DNA of 64,000 nucleotides, from the NCBI GenBank assembly GCA_016432285.1, contig CP066682.1:528428-592427 (forward strand). Direction: 5' to 3'. Below are positions 1 through 10,726 of the stretch, in pieces (the first letter of the stretch is position 1; each line of letters starts with the position of its first letter). The DNA comes from Candidatus Kaiserbacteria bacterium. Lineage in GTDB: Bacteria; Patescibacteriota; Minisyncoccia; Phycocordibacterales; UBA2100. The notes below the pieces were generated by a model that had not been told where the DNA came from, searched no databases, and saw only the letters and a program-made list of their open reading frames with translations. The translations under genes and the position numbers were made by a program.

Positions 1-1
1 A

Positions 2-388
2 ACCAACATCGACTCCGGGGTGCCAAATATCGTGCAGGATGCTGCTGCGCTTGCGCTCGACGACGACGCACACGTGGAGAGCATGCGAGCGCTCTACCGG
101 CAGAAGCGCGACATCCTGCTCCCAGCCCTGCGCGCCTCCGGGCTCGAGCCAGCAAACCCGGCCGCGAGCTTTTACGTATGGCAGAAGGTGCCGGGAAGCG
201 ATGTCGATTTCGCCAAACGCCTGCTTGATCCGGCACTCGGGATCGTCGTAACGCCCGGCAGTCTCATTTCGGAAACCTGCGAGGATGGCACGAATCCAGG
301 AGCCGGATACGTGCGCTTCGCGCTCATGCCGACGATAGAGGAAGTGCATGAAGCAGCCAGACGAATTTCATCGCAAAAATTCTCGTAG
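2..388 (+). CDS. Class I/II aminotransferase, C-terminal fragment (5' truncated by window edge). Likely LL-diaminopimelate aminotransferase given the adjacent lysA.
   Basis: Translation ends ...GAGYVRFALMPTIEEVHEAARRI, typical of a fold-I aminotransferase C-terminus. Reading frame is open to position 2. Followed 8 nt later by lysA. Confidence 0.6.
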   Translation, partial: TNIDSGVPNIVQDAAALALDDDAHVESMRALYRQKRDILLPALRASGLEPANPAASFYVWQKVPGSDVDFAKRLLDPALGIVVTPGSLISETCEDGTNPGAGYVRFALMPTIEEVHEAARRISSQKFS

Positions 389-396
389 CGTGGCTC

Positions 397-1668
397 GTGG
401 GCCAGCCCGTCGCGCAATCGGAGTACGTATCGTACAATGCGCCGATGAAATCCGTACCGTTCACAGCCGCGGAGATTGAATCGCTCATCGCCCAGCATCC
501 GACACCCCTCTATGTCTACGACGAAGCGGGTATTCGCGCGACCGCGCGAAAGTTGATCGAGGCATTCTCGTGGAATGAGGGCTTTAAAGAATACTTTGCG
601 GTGAAGGCGCTTCCCAACCCGCGGGTGCTGGGGATTCTGCGCGAGGAGGGATGCGGTGCCGACTGCTCTTCCCTTCTCGAGCTGCTGCTTGCGGAGCGCG
701 CCGGACTTTCGGGCGAGGAAATTATGTTTACGAGCAACGACACGCCGATTGAGGAGTTCGCCAAGGCGAAGGAGATGGGCGCACTCATCAATCTCGACGC
801 TCTCGAGCATCTCGACTATCTCGAAAAGGGCGTCGGGCTCCCCGATTTTCTCTCCGTGCGCTACAACCCGGGGCCGCTTCGCGAGGGCAACGCGATCATC
901 GGTAAACCGGAGGAAGCGAAGTTCGGCATGACGCGGGAGCAAATCTTCGAAGCCTACCGCCGCGCGAAAGAAAAGGGCGTCCGGAGATTCGGACTCCACA
1001 CCATGGTGGCCTCCAACGAGCGCAATGCCGAGTACTTCGTCGAAACCGCGCGCATGCTCTTCGAGATCGTGCGGGACGTGCGGCGAGAGCTCGGAGTAAC
1101 GATCGAGCTCGTGAATCTCGGCGGCGGCATTGGCATTCCGTACCGACCCGATGACACGGAGGCGAATCTCTCGAAGATTTCGGATGGTATCCGACGCCTC
1201 TTTGATGAATACGAAATGACCGGCGTGCGTCTTGCTATGGAGTGCGGCCGATACATCACGGGTCCGCACGGCTATCTTTTGACGCAGGTGCGCCACCTAA
1301 AGCATACGTACCGTGAGTACGCCGGCGTGGACGCCACGATGGCAAATCTCATGCGTCCCGGCATGTACGGGGCGTACCACCACATCACCGTGCTCGGCAA
1401 GGAAAACGAGGCTGCTTCGAAGGCGTACGACATCGTCGGCTCTCTCTGCGAGAACAACGATAAGTTCGCGATCAACCGGAAGCTACCACAGCTCCAAGAG
1501 GGCGACATCCTCGTCATCCACGATGCGGGTGCGCACGGACACGCAATGGGGTTCAACTACAACGGCAAGCTCCGATCCGCCGAATTTCTGCTGCGACCCG
1601 ATCGCAGCTTCGAAATGATTCGTAGGGCGGAAACCGTCGAGGATTACCTCGCGACCCTGCGTCTTTAG
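397..1668 (+). CDS. lysA: Diaminopimelate decarboxylase
   Basis: Orn/DAP/Arg decarboxylase family 2 motifs (TPLYVYD, FAVKALPN, GGGIGIPY, CENNDKF). GTG start at 397; an alternative ATG is at 445. Confidence 0.9.
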   Translation: MGQPVAQSEYVSYNAPMKSVPFTAAEIESLIAQHPTPLYVYDEAGIRATARKLIEAFSWNEGFKEYFAVKALPNPRVLGILREEGCGADCSSLLELLLAERAGLSGEEIMFTSNDTPIEEFAKAKEMGALINLDALEHLDYLEKGVGLPDFLSVRYNPGPLREGNAIIGKPEEAKFGMTREQIFEAYRRAKEKGVRRFGLHTMVASNERNAEYFVETARMLFEIVRDVRRELGVTIELVNLGGGIGIPYRPDDTEANLSKISDGIRRLFDEYEMTGVRLAMECGRYITGPHGYLLTQVRHLKHTYREYAGVDATMANLMRPGMYGAYHHITVLGKENEAASKAYDIVGSLCENNDKFAINRKLPQLQEGDILVIHDAGAHGHAMGFNYNGKLRSAEFLLRPDRSFEMIRRAETVEDYLATLRL

Positions 1669-1669
1669 T

Positions 1670-3256
1670 CTATTCGATTGGGAACTCGACAAGGAAGCGC
1701 GCGCCCTTTCCATTACCGTCCGATTCTGCCCAGATCCGTCCACGGTGCGCATCGACGATTGATTTCGCGATGAAGAGCCCGTAACCCGTCGAGTGCACAT
1801 TGACCTTGATCGAATCTTTGCCGTGCCCGCCCTCGGTGAAAAGCCGCTTTTTGTCTTCCGCAGTGATGCCGACACCGTTGTCCTGGACCGTCAGGCGCAC
1901 CACCTCACCGCTCGCGCTCACCGCGACCTCGATCGCACCATGGGGCGTATATTTGATCGCGTTGTCGATGAGATTGCGTATGACGTGGCGTCGGATTTTA
2001 TCTTCATCACCCTCCACCTTGGTCTCACGCTCCGTTATTTTCGTTTCAATCGTGAGACTCTTCTCAGCGGCGTTTTTTTGGAGGTCGCCGATCACTTCGA
2101 GAACCGCCTTCTTGAAATCGAAGGGCTGCTTGTTGAACGCCATGGTTCCCTTCTTGAGATTGGATGCATCGAGGATGTCCATGACGGTCGCGACTCCCCG
2201 GCGTACGCTCGCGAGGGCGCTTCCGGCCATCGACTTTAGGGGCGCGGCGACTTCTCCAAAATCGCCTTCGGCGATCGCCGCGAATCCGGCCTGGCTTTCC
2301 GTGAGATAGCCCTTCACTTCATGGCTGATGAAGTGCAGCAGGTTCTCCTGCTGCTGATTGGCAATCTCAAGCGCGTGCCGCGCTTCGATCTCCCGCTCGT
2401 TGCTTCGAAAGAGCAGCAGGCCGAGCGTGAGCACGACCCCAAAGCTCATGAGCGCCAAGAGGAAGCCGAGAATATCCTGTACGAAGAAAAATTGCGTGCC
2501 CGCGAGGATGAGGAACACGTAGAAGAGCGCTTTCACTGCCTCGTCGCCGAGCCGGAAGGTGCCGTAGCTCGTGATCGAGATCGTGAGCATCAGAATAAAG
2601 ATCGGCAGCGTGAAGAGCGCATACAGATTGATTTCGAAGATACCGCTCGCGGTCGCGATGAATTCCGTGCCGGCAAAAATACCGAGAAAGAGCACCACGG
2701 CGAGCACCACGAGCGCAATGCGGATTCGCTCGCTCCATGTACTCGCCGAGAGTGTGCGCCAGGCACCAAGCACGAGAATGGCTGCGAGAATGAGGCCCTC
2801 GAGCCAGACTTTGTAGGCGGAGAGGAACTCATTGTTCTCCATCTCGCACACCGGCTGGTACATTTCGAGCACAGCGCTGCCTCCGATCGTTATCAAAAAG
2901 GGCACGATCGCTGCGCCGAGCAGAAGGTAGCTGTACTCTCTAGGAACACTGGGTAAGAGGTCAACACACACGAACCCGAACAAAAGGAGGAAGAAGGCGA
3001 TCTCAGTGAAATCGAGCGGCGACCAGAAGGCGGCCACGAGGTGATATGAGTCGAGCATCCATACGGCCATGTCCCCGAGAAGCCAGAGGGCAAACGCGGC
3101 AGAGAAGGCGAAGAAGTACGCCGCTTTCAGCTTGTTTTGCGCCCTCCGGAGCGCGAACATGCCGAGGATGAGGGTGGCGATCGCCGGGATGAGGTGCGAA
3201 TAGAGGGCGAGGTCGCGAAATTCGGCAGTCGTTGCAAGGCAGGTGTTGATGTCCAT
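1670..3256 (-). CDS. Sensor histidine kinase with a large multi-TM N-terminal sensor domain
   Basis: At least 8 hydrophobic helices, then an H-box (HFISHEVKGY) and HATPase_c G-boxes (GYGLFIAKSIVDAHRGRIW). Start taken at the internal ATG (MDINTCL...) so that it abuts the upstream gene stop at 3258. Confidence 0.8.
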   Translation of the reverse strand: MDINTCLATTAEFRDLALYSHLIPAIATLILGMFALRRAQNKLKAAYFFAFSAAFALWLLGDMAVWMLDSYHLVAAFWSPLDFTEIAFFLLLFGFVCVDLLPSVPREYSYLLLGAAIVPFLITIGGSAVLEMYQPVCEMENNEFLSAYKVWLEGLILAAILVLGAWRTLSASTWSERIRIALVVLAVVLFLGIFAGTEFIATASGIFEINLYALFTLPIFILMLTISITSYGTFRLGDEAVKALFYVFLILAGTQFFFVQDILGFLLALMSFGVVLTLGLLLFRSNEREIEARHALEIANQQQENLLHFISHEVKGYLTESQAGFAAIAEGDFGEVAAPLKSMAGSALASVRRGVATVMDILDASNLKKGTMAFNKQPFDFKKAVLEVIGDLQKNAAEKSLTIETKITERETKVEGDEDKIRRHVIRNLIDNAIKYTPHGAIEVAVSASGEVVRLTVQDNGVGITAEDKKRLFTEGGHGKDSIKVNVHSTGYGLFIAKSIVDAHRGRIWAESDGNGKGARFLVEFPIE

Positions 3257-3257
3257 A

Positions 3258-4055
3258 TCAGAGGTAGCGTTCGATCTTTTTTGGATAGGAATCCCAGAAG
3301 GCGCGCGTCTCCTCACCTTTCGGGACGAGCTCCACCACAAGCGGTGGATAGCCGAAGCGCGCCTCGATATTTCTGAAGGCAGGGAGCATGATCGCCTTCA
3401 CGAATACGCGCTCGGCCTCGGTGGGCTCGAAGTGCTCGAAGAGAATCGCGTCGCGAACAAAAAAGGCAAGCAGCTCCTCGTAATAGAGATGCGCGAGATC
3501 TCCATGGCGGGTAAACCACGGAGTGGCGTCGTAGCAGAGCTTCTCCACCTTCATTTTGGTAACACTCGCGAGAAGTCGGTGGTGGAACTCGACGAATTTC
3601 TCGCCGTTCTTGCACCGCACGTCGGAAAAGGATTTCCCGGTGTACGCATTGAAATCCACGACTGTGCGATATTTGACCATGTCCCTGCCGTCGGAGCCGG
3701 TGAATTGGTACACCGGAAGTTTTCCGAGCGAGCGTTTGTACGGATTGCCCGTTGAGACAAACTTGTCTCCGTGGTACTCCAGGACGAGCGGCGTCAGCGG
3801 CAGATCCTTGACGGTGCGCAAAAAACGAAGCAGCTCATGTTGCGGCGTTGCCACCTGTCTGAAAAAGATAGCAAAGGGCTCTTGCCGTTTCAGTGGGATC
3901 ACGGGGTCCTTCATGTATTTGCCCACCTGCGTCTTGAGGTGTGGGCTGCGGCGCCTGCGGCGCAGCTCCTCAAGTGCATCCCTTGATGGTACAGAGGGAA
4001 ATTCGGCTGTCATCGGTACTTCAAGAAGCTGCGCTGGAGGAAGAATCTCGCTCAT
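3258..4055 (-). CDS. Hypothetical protein (266 aa), no recognised domain
   Basis: Long ORF tightly packed (about 2 nt gaps) between the Cys-rich protein gene and the histidine kinase. Start at MSEILPP chosen to avoid overlap. Confidence 0.5.
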   Translation of the reverse strand: MSEILPPAQLLEVPMTAEFPSVPSRDALEELRRRRRSPHLKTQVGKYMKDPVIPLKRQEPFAIFFRQVATPQHELLRFLRTVKDLPLTPLVLEYHGDKFVSTGNPYKRSLGKLPVYQFTGSDGRDMVKYRTVVDFNAYTGKSFSDVRCKNGEKFVEFHHRLLASVTKMKVEKLCYDATPWFTRHGDLAHLYYEELLAFFVRDAILFEHFEPTEAERVFVKAIMLPAFRNIEARFGYPPLVVELVPKGEETRAFWDSYPKKIERYL

Positions 4056-4057
4056 AA

Positions 4058-4390
4058 TTATTCCATGCACGCGATTTCTTCTTGATCGGAGCATTTCAAC
4101 TCCTCGCAGTCAGTGCCCGGACAAACATTCGCACAGGAATTGTCTTCGCAGGTATCGAACGCGCGCGCGGGGACCGCAAAAAGCCGGTACGTCTCGAGCT
4201 CATTGGGAGGGCACTCTTCCTCGTCGCAGTCGCGCGTGTAGCAGTCACTCGACGACTGGCATGGAGCCTCAACGAGGAAACTGTACTCTTCGCGCAGCAC
4301 ATATCGGTCGAAGCTGAACGCGAGCGCAATTACAACGGCTCCCAGGAGCAACCATTGCGGTGCAGTTATTGTTCGGAGCGCGGGAATCAT
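4058..4390 (-). CDS. Small exported Cys-rich acidic protein (about 110 aa) with an N-terminal signal/anchor
   Basis: N-terminal R + hydrophobic stretch (MIPALRTITAPQWLLLGAVVIALAF), then 10-11 Cys in C-x4-5-C spacing embedded in D/E-rich sequence. Confidence 0.5.
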   Translation of the reverse strand: MIPALRTITAPQWLLLGAVVIALAFSFDRYVLREEYSFLVEAPCQSSSDCYTRDCDEEECPPNELETYRLFAVPARAFDTCEDNSCANVCPGTDCEELKCSDQEEIACME

Positions 4391-4395
4391 AGGTG

Positions 4396-5052
4396 TTAGG
4401 TCTGCGTCGCAAAGAGCTGCCAGAGATAGAGGACGATCTGCACGATGACGGTCCAGCGAAGCGTCCAGTACCCGTTGGAGAGGACGACGCTCGACCAAAA
4501 GATTGCCCAGTCCCTGCCACGAAGCCCTTTGTAACGGTCATCCTTATGCCGGAAATACACTGCCGTCATGAAAGGATCTGTGTGGATCGAGAGCACTAAA
4601 AAAGCTGGCATGCCGCCAAGTCGCGTAAGCCGGTGGAGAAAGCGCCCGAAGCGGTGCTCATGCTCTTCTTCGTCGCGCCATTCCTTGAGGAGCTCAAAGC
4701 CGAACCAGTCAACCTTGGCCCAATCGTAGAGCCGCAGGTACACAAGGCAGATGAGTGCCGAAATCGGCATCATGATGAGGAAGGCGGCAAGGGAGCCGTA
4801 CCAGGGACCCCAGAGATTCGTGGCCGTGGCAACGACGACGCCGTACAAGAGCCAGTCGAAGAGAAACTCCTCGATTTTTTTTCCGGTGTGGCCGACGGCC
4901 AGAGTGCCAATGCGCTCTTTGTGCCGTGAAAACCAGGCGAACACGCCGCTTCGGAGCGGAGTTGACTCCATGGAGAAACTGTAGTCGGCAAACGACCGCA
5001 TTACAAGGCGGGGCTGTGCAGAAAAATGAAGGAAAAGTGCAACGCTGTGCAC
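4396..5052 (-). CDS. Hypothetical integral membrane protein (about 4 TM helices)
   Basis: Hydrophobic helices. First gene of the co-directional cluster 5052->1670. Start is uncertain: GTG at 5052, or ATG at 5001 or 4971. Confidence 0.45.
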   Translation of the reverse strand: MHSVALFLHFSAQPRLVMRSFADYSFSMESTPLRSGVFAWFSRHKERIGTLAVGHTGKKIEEFLFDWLLYGVVVATATNLWGPWYGSLAAFLIMMPISALICLVYLRLYDWAKVDWFGFELLKEWRDEEEHEHRFGRFLHRLTRLGGMPAFLVLSIHTDPFMTAVYFRHKDDRYKGLRGRDWAIFWSSVVLSNGYWTLRWTVIVQIVLYLWQLFATQT

Positions 5053-5167
5053 AGAGCACCCCTCAGCCTGCCTAATTTCAGCTACACTGAAAGCGGGTCC
5101 CGATTGACATACCGACGCTCATTAGTACGCTGTCACTATCGCGAATTATTTGCATTAAACAACTATC

Positions 5168-6589
5168 ATGTTTTCGATCCGCGCGTGCCATTTTGCCATC
5201 CTCGTATCACTCCTTGCCATTCTCGCTGTGCCCGCATTGACTCGCGCAGAGTCCGTTTGCCCATACTTGTGGAGTCGAGATCTTCGCCTCACGAGCGTCG
5301 GTGAGGACGTCCTGAAGCTTCAGCAGTTCCTCAACGCGTCAGAGGAGACGCTCATCGCATCTGCGGGAGTCGGCTCCCCCGGACAGGAATCCACTATCTT
5401 CGGCGCCAAAACGAAAGCTGCGGTCGCGAAGTTCCAGGAAAAATACTTCAACGAGATCCTCGCACCGAACGGGCTCACGAAGGGCACGGGCACCGTGGGG
5501 CCATCCACGCGCGCAACCCTCAACACGCTCTGCATCCTCTCCCCCGCTTCTGCATCCAGCGCAGATGGAACGGAGGCAAGCGTCAATGATGCCCTCACTG
5601 TAAGCGATCCGGGGCAGCCCGACACGTCTTTGGCACCCTCGAGCGCCGGGGTTCTCTTTCACACATTCACGCTCGCCGCGGGCAGTAAGGACGTGCTGGT
5701 GTCAGAAGTGGTGCTTGAGCGCACGGGCTTCGGCTCGGACGGTGCCTTCGCAAACTTCGGCTTGTGGGACGAGGACGGTCTTCAGGTGGGACCGGTCGCC
5801 GCTCTCAACTCGCAGCATCGGTTGGTCTTTCGCAGATCGTTCACGATTCCGGCCGGGCAGGAGCGCACCTTCGAGGTGTACGCCAACATGAACGTCGACC
5901 TTTCGTCGTACGAAGGGCAAATGCCGGTGATCCAGCTCCTCTCGCTCAGCGCCTCTTCGCCCGTCGAGGGGCAGCTGCCGCTTCGAGGTACACCACAGAC
6001 CGTCAACAACACGCTCACCGTGGGCGGAGCTGATGCGACGCTCTCCGAGTACGATCCGCATGGTGCCACGACACGCTACATCGACGACACCAACGTACGC
6101 TTTGCAGGCATTCGCATCGCGGCGCACTCGCAGGAAAGCCTCACCTTTACGAGCATCATCTGGACGCAGGCGGGCACCGCGGGCGCGGGAGATATCGCCA
6201 ACGTCAAAACGGTTGTGAACGGAGTCGAGTACCCTGCCATTCGGAGTCCCTATTCGGAAAAAGAATACGTTACGCTTTTTGATCCCGGCATCGTTATCGA
6301 AAAAGGTCTTTCCATCGATGTGTACGTGAAGGGCGATCCGCTTCCGGGTGCGGCCAATCGCACCATCAAGTTCGACATTCGCGACATCAACGACGAGGTG
6401 GGACTCGACGGCAACCTCTACGGCTTCGGCGTCGGACTCTCGCCTGTCGGCAACACGGACGTCGCCGGAGCGGAATCGGCGTTTATCACGAGCGACGGGA
6501 CCACCGATGGCGACACAGGGAGCCCGTTCTTCTCGGGCTCCACGATCACGATACGGGGTGCGACGGCAACTGGCGTCGGCAAGATGTAG
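5168..6589 (+). CDS. Secreted protein with an N-terminal peptidoglycan-binding (PG_binding_1) domain
   Basis: Signal peptide (MFSIRACHFAILVSLLAILAVPALTRA), then a PG_binding_1-like segment (GEDVLKLQQFLN...IFGAKTKAAVAKFQEKY). Confidence 0.7.
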   Translation: MFSIRACHFAILVSLLAILAVPALTRAESVCPYLWSRDLRLTSVGEDVLKLQQFLNASEETLIASAGVGSPGQESTIFGAKTKAAVAKFQEKYFNEILAPNGLTKGTGTVGPSTRATLNTLCILSPASASSADGTEASVNDALTVSDPGQPDTSLAPSSAGVLFHTFTLAAGSKDVLVSEVVLERTGFGSDGAFANFGLWDEDGLQVGPVAALNSQHRLVFRRSFTIPAGQERTFEVYANMNVDLSSYEGQMPVIQLLSLSASSPVEGQLPLRGTPQTVNNTLTVGGADATLSEYDPHGATTRYIDDTNVRFAGIRIAAHSQESLTFTSIIWTQAGTAGAGDIANVKTVVNGVEYPAIRSPYSEKEYVTLFDPGIVIEKGLSIDVYVKGDPLPGAANRTIKFDIRDINDEVGLDGNLYGFGVGLSPVGNTDVAGAESAFITSDGTTDGDTGSPFFSGSTITIRGATATGVGKM

Positions 6590-6590
6590 C

Positions 6591-7100
6591 TCAGCTTCTT
6601 ACAAAAGCGAGTGCGGCGTAGGAGCACAGAAGCCACCAGAAGGCGTAGAGGTCGCCAAAGATCGCCTCGACGCTCGGTCCGAACTGCCACACGGCGGAGA
6701 GGCTTGGTGTTGAAATCCAAATCACCGCAAGAATCGCTGCCGCGGCAACTCCTGTGATCGCAGCCTGGAGGGGCTTCCCCGCGCCTCCGCCCCAGGAAAG
6801 TCCGATTCTGGAGATAAAAATATACAAAGCGACCACTAGCACGGCGAACAGTATCGTCTGCATAACGGGGGTGTTGAATTGCTCAGTGATTCCGCCGACG
6901 AACATGGCGTTGCCGATCGTCCCGCGCAGGAGCACAGCCGCAGGGAGTGCGAGCGCGAGCGTGCTCACACGCTCCGAGCCGCTCCGCACTGTTATGAAGG
7001 CCGCAAAGAGCGCGAAGCCGCCAATGATGATCCAGTCGGTCGGAATGTTTGTGAAGAACGCGAGCAAGTCCTCAAGATTCATTCCCAAAGTATAGCCCAC
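6591..7100 (-). CDS. Hypothetical membrane protein
   Basis: 169-aa ORF with about 5 hydrophobic helices, convergent with the PG-binding gene. Confidence 0.45.
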   Translation of the reverse strand: MGYTLGMNLEDLLAFFTNIPTDWIIIGGFALFAAFITVRSGSERVSTLALALPAAVLLRGTIGNAMFVGGITEQFNTPVMQTILFAVLVVALYIFISRIGLSWGGGAGKPLQAAITGVAAAAILAVIWISTPSLSAVWQFGPSVEAIFGDLYAFWWLLCSYAALAFVRS

Positions 7101-7107
7101 TTCTCGC

Positions 7108-8184
7108 CTAGAGCCCCTCTTTACGCAGTTTTTCTACAATTTCGCGAGCCGCACGCGATAACTTCTTCGGAAACTCGATGTCGACACGCACGAGAAGGTC
7201 TCCGCGCAATCCCCTACCGTGCGGAACGCCTTTCCCATGTATGCGAATCATCTCACCGTGCGCAACGCCCGCGGGTACCGACACCGTCTGATCTCCATCG
7301 AGCGTGCGAATCGTATATTCCCCACCGAGTAGGGCATCCGTGAGCTTGATCGGGAGTGCGGTGAGGAGATTATGCCCCTCGCGCGTAAAGGCGCGATCGG
7401 GCCTCACATGTAATTTGATATAGAGATCACCGGCTTTCGCGCCCGGGAGCGCTTCTCCGCGACCCGGCATGCGAATCATTTCGCCGTCATCCACGCCCGC
7501 CGGGATATGTACGAGGATCTCCTCCTCGCGCTTGCGGACGCCCGCGCCGCGGCAGCTCTCGCACGGCTTTTCAGGCACTTCGCCGCGGCCGTGGCACTTC
7601 TCGCACGTGCGTGTCGTTGTAATGTTGCCGATGAGTGAGCTTCGTGTCTCGCGAATCTCGCCTTTGCCGTTACAGATGGTGCAGGAGCGCATCTTACTGC
7701 CGTGCGCCGCGCCCGTCCCGGCACAGATCTCGCAGGTACCCACCTTGGAAATGAGGACGCGGCGTTCGATTCCGAAAATGGACTCGCGAAACGAAAGCTC
7801 GATGTCGATGGAAATATCGCGTCCGCGCCGAGCCTGCGTGCGGCCGCCGAAGATGTCCCCGAATATGTCGCCGAGGTCAAACTCGAAGGCGTTGCCTTGT
7901 CCGAATCCGCGAAATCCCGCGAAATTGGAGAAGTCGAAATTGCCAAATCCTCCCTGGGCCCCCGCGCCGGCGAAGGTGCGGCCGTATGTGTCGTACTCGG
8001 CGCGCTTCTTCTTGTCGGAGAGGACTGCGTACGCCTCGCTCGCTTCCTTGAACTTCGCCTCGTCGCCGCCCTTCTTGTCGGGATGATATTTGTGGGCGAG
8101 CTTCCTGAACGCCGATTTTATCTCTTCGTCGGAGGCCGTTTTCGATACACCGAGGATCTCGTAGTAATTTTTCATGGGAAGCAT
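7108..8184 (-). CDS. dnaJ: Chaperone DnaJ
   Basis: J-domain (YYEILGV...HPDK), G/F-rich region and a CxxCxGxG zinc-finger repeat. Probable start at ATG 8175 ([10 protein letters not shown]). Confidence 0.9.
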   Translation of the reverse strand: MLPMKNYYEILGVSKTASDEEIKSAFRKLAHKYHPDKKGGDEAKFKEASEAYAVLSDKKKRAEYDTYGRTFAGAGAQGGFGNFDFSNFAGFRGFGQGNAFEFDLGDIFGDIFGGRTQARRGRDISIDIELSFRESIFGIERRVLISKVGTCEICAGTGAAHGSKMRSCTICNGKGEIRETRSSLIGNITTTRTCEKCHGRGEVPEKPCESCRGAGVRKREEEILVHIPAGVDDGEMIRMPGRGEALPGAKAGDLYIKLHVRPDRAFTREGHNLLTALPIKLTDALLGGEYTIRTLDGDQTVSVPAGVAHGEMIRIHGKGVPHGRGLRGDLLVRVDIEFPKKLSRAAREIVEKLRKEGL

Positions 8185-8238
8185 TATATGCGCGTGTCTT
8201 ATCGGCGCAAAGCGCCGGTCTTCCTCTTTCGCTTGACT

Positions 8239-10080
8239 CTACTTGTTTTCTTCCTCCGGGGGTTTCTCGTCTTTCGGGGGTGGCTGCTGCATCGCTTGCC
8301 CGATTGCGCTTAATGCCGTCGAGAGCGCCTCGGAGGCAGCTTTGATCGCAGTTGCATCAGCGGCACCACGTGCACTTTTCAGTGCGTCTATCTTTTCCTG
8401 CACATTTTTGCGAATATCTTCGCTTACTTTATCGCCGTGCTCCTTCAGTGCCTTTTCGGCCTGATACACCATCTGATCGGCGACGTTCTGTGATTCGATG
8501 AACTCCTTCTTCTTGCGATCTGATTCGGCATTGACCTCGGCATCTTTACGCATTTTCTCGAGGTCGGTGTCGGAGAGGCCGGAGGAGCCTTCGATACGGA
8601 TCGACTGCTCCTTGCCGGAAGATTTGTCCTTGGCTTTCACCGTGAGAATGCCATTTGCGTCGATGTCAAAGGAGACCTCGACCTGTGGAGTGCCGCGCGG
8701 CGCCGGCGGAATCCCGTCGAGGTTGAAACGGCCGAGCGATTTGTTGTCTCCCGCCATCGGTCGCTCACCCTGCACTACGTGGATCTCTACCGACGGTTGG
8801 TTGTCCGATGCTGTAGAAAATGTCTGCGCGCGAGAAGTGGGGATCGTCGTGTTGCGCTCGATCAGTTTCGTCGCGACGCCGCCCAGCGTCTCGATTCCAA
8901 GCGAGAGCGGTATGACATCGAGAAGGAGCACATCCTTCACGTCTCCCTGAAGGATCCCGCCTTGGATCGCCGCACCGATCGCCACCACCTCGTCTGGGTT
9001 GACGCTCATATTGGGTTTCTTGCCGAAAAACTGCTCGACAGCTTTCTGCAAGGCGGGCATGCGGGTCTGTCCGCCCACCAGGATCACCTCGTGGATGTCC
9101 GGGTTCTTAAAGGGCGAGGCCTCCATGGCACGCTTCGAGATCTCGATCGCACGATCGACGAACTCCCGAGCCAGCTCCTCGAGCTTCGCGCGTGTCATTT
9201 TGATGAGAAGGTGCCGCGGACCCGATGCGTCGGAGGTGATGAACGGGATGTTGATTTCCGACTCCAGCGCGGTCGAGAGCTCGATCTTCGCCTTTTCTGC
9301 CGCCTCGTCGAGCCGCTGCCGCGCGAGCGGATCGGTGCGCACGTCGATTCCCGATTCTTTCTTAAACTCGTCCGCGAGCCAGTCGATGATCTTCTGATCG
9401 ATGTCTTTGCCTCCGAGGTGCGCGTCGCCATCCGTTGATCGCACTTCGATCACGTCGTCCCCTACCTCAAGCACCGAAATGTCGAACGTGCCGCCGCCGA
9501 AGTCGAAGACGACGATCTTTTCGTTTTTCTTCTTGTTGAAGCCGTAGGCAAGAGCAGCAGCGGTCGGCTCGTTGATGATGCGCTTTACCTCAAGGCCCGC
9601 GATCTTCCCGGCGTCCTTCGTGGCCTGCCGTTGCGAGTCATTGAAATACGCGGGGACTGTGATGACGGCCTCGGTGATCGGCTCCCCAAGGCGAGCCTCG
9701 GCGTCGACTTTCAATTTTTGGAGGATCATCGCCGAAAGCTCCTCCGGACGGAACCACTTCTCTCCCATCTTCACCTCAATGCCGCCGTTGCCGGTCTTTT
9801 GCGTCTCAAAAGGTACCGCGGCGCGGTCCTTGGCGACGCCTGCCTCGTCGAACGTGTGCCCGATAAAGCGCTTGATCTGATACACGGTGTTCTTCGGGTT
9901 TGTGACTGCCTGGCGGCGGGCAAGGAGGCCCACGAGCCGCTCGCCCGTTTTGGAGGTGGCGACGACCGATGGCGTCGTGCGCGAGCCTTCAGCATTTTCA
10001 ATGATTTCCGGTTCGCCACTCTGCACGACCGCCATCGCGGAGTTGGTAGTACCGAGATCGATTCCAAGAATTTTTGCCAT
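8239..10080 (-). CDS. dnaK: Chaperone DnaK (Hsp70)
   Basis: [18 protein letters not shown]..., full-length Hsp70 signatures. Confidence 0.95.
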   Translation of the reverse strand: MAKILGIDLGTTNSAMAVVQSGEPEIIENAEGSRTTPSVVATSKTGERLVGLLARRQAVTNPKNTVYQIKRFIGHTFDEAGVAKDRAAVPFETQKTGNGGIEVKMGEKWFRPEELSAMILQKLKVDAEARLGEPITEAVITVPAYFNDSQRQATKDAGKIAGLEVKRIINEPTAAALAYGFNKKKNEKIVVFDFGGGTFDISVLEVGDDVIEVRSTDGDAHLGGKDIDQKIIDWLADEFKKESGIDVRTDPLARQRLDEAAEKAKIELSTALESEINIPFITSDASGPRHLLIKMTRAKLEELAREFVDRAIEISKRAMEASPFKNPDIHEVILVGGQTRMPALQKAVEQFFGKKPNMSVNPDEVVAIGAAIQGGILQGDVKDVLLLDVIPLSLGIETLGGVATKLIERNTTIPTSRAQTFSTASDNQPSVEIHVVQGERPMAGDNKSLGRFNLDGIPPAPRGTPQVEVSFDIDANGILTVKAKDKSSGKEQSIRIEGSSGLSDTDLEKMRKDAEVNAESDRKKKEFIESQNVADQMVYQAEKALKEHGDKVSEDIRKNVQEKIDALKSARGAADATAIKAASEALSTALSAIGQAMQQPPPKDEKPPEEENK

Positions 10081-10135
10081 GATGTGGTGCTTAGCCGCTA
10101 ACGAAATCTATATATAGTGTGCCGCGGCCGTGGTG

Positions 10136-10726
10136 TCAAACGGACGACTTGATGATGACGTGCGCGGGCCGCAACACTCGCTCACCGGCGCGATAGCCGT
10201 AGCGTAGAATCTTCACAACACTGCCCGGCTCACCCGCGAGATCTGCCCGCTCCTCCACCGTCTCGTGCCGCAGGGCGTTGAAGGCCTCGCCCACTTTGCC
10301 GCAACGCTCGATGCCGTGGCGTCGAAGTGCATCAAGAAGTTGATCCCGTACCAACTCCATTCCCTTCTTCCATCCATCGGACACCTCGCCCCAGCTTTCG
10401 GAGCCTGCCGCCAAATCGAAGCTGTCGAGCGCCGGAATGATGTCGTGTACAAGGGCTTCTCGCAGAGCCTCTGCCGTGCGGCTCGCACGAGATTCGGCCT
10501 CTTTGCGCACGTTGACGCTGTCGGCCTTGCAGCGCTGCCAGCCGTCGAGGTACTGCTGTCGCTCGGCTTTCACCTTTTCGAGTTCGGCCTTCAGTTTCTT
10601 CAGCTTTGCGTGCGCAGCAGCAAGATTGCCGAGCTCCGCTTCGGGTTCAAAATTGACGTCGTCCGTTGAGGAAATGTCCGAGTCGTGCTCGGCACCAGCG
10701 CCTTCGTGTCGATCGTGTTCGGCCAT
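10136..10726 (-). CDS. grpE: Nucleotide exchange factor GrpE
   Basis: Coiled-coil N-terminal region plus a GrpE C-terminal domain. ATG at 10726 is preceded by TATAAT. The longer TTG start at 10762 is less likely. Confidence 0.85.
   Translation of the reverse strand: MAEHDRHEGAGAEHDSDISSTDDVNFEPEAELGNLAAAHAKLKKLKAELEKVKAERQQYLDGWQRCKADSVNVRKEAESRASRTAEALREALVHDIIPALDSFDLAAGSESWGEVSDGWKKGMELVRDQLLDALRRHGIERCGKVGEAFNALRHETVEERADLAGEPGSVVKILRYGYRAGERVLRPAHVIIKSSV

Noticed and set aside
172-1296. 374-aa minus-strand ORF antisense to the aminotransferase and lysA. Similar cases: 12587-14068 (+), 18232-19842 (+), 19933-21369 (-), 29485-31044 (+), 56139-58118 (-) and 60230-61999 (+).
   Set aside because: These lie on the opposite strand of strongly conserved genes (lysA, rpoA/rpsD, alaS, M16 peptidase, carB, uvrA). 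They have Arg/Ala-rich low-complexity translations typical of GC-rich antisense frames. Judged spurious.
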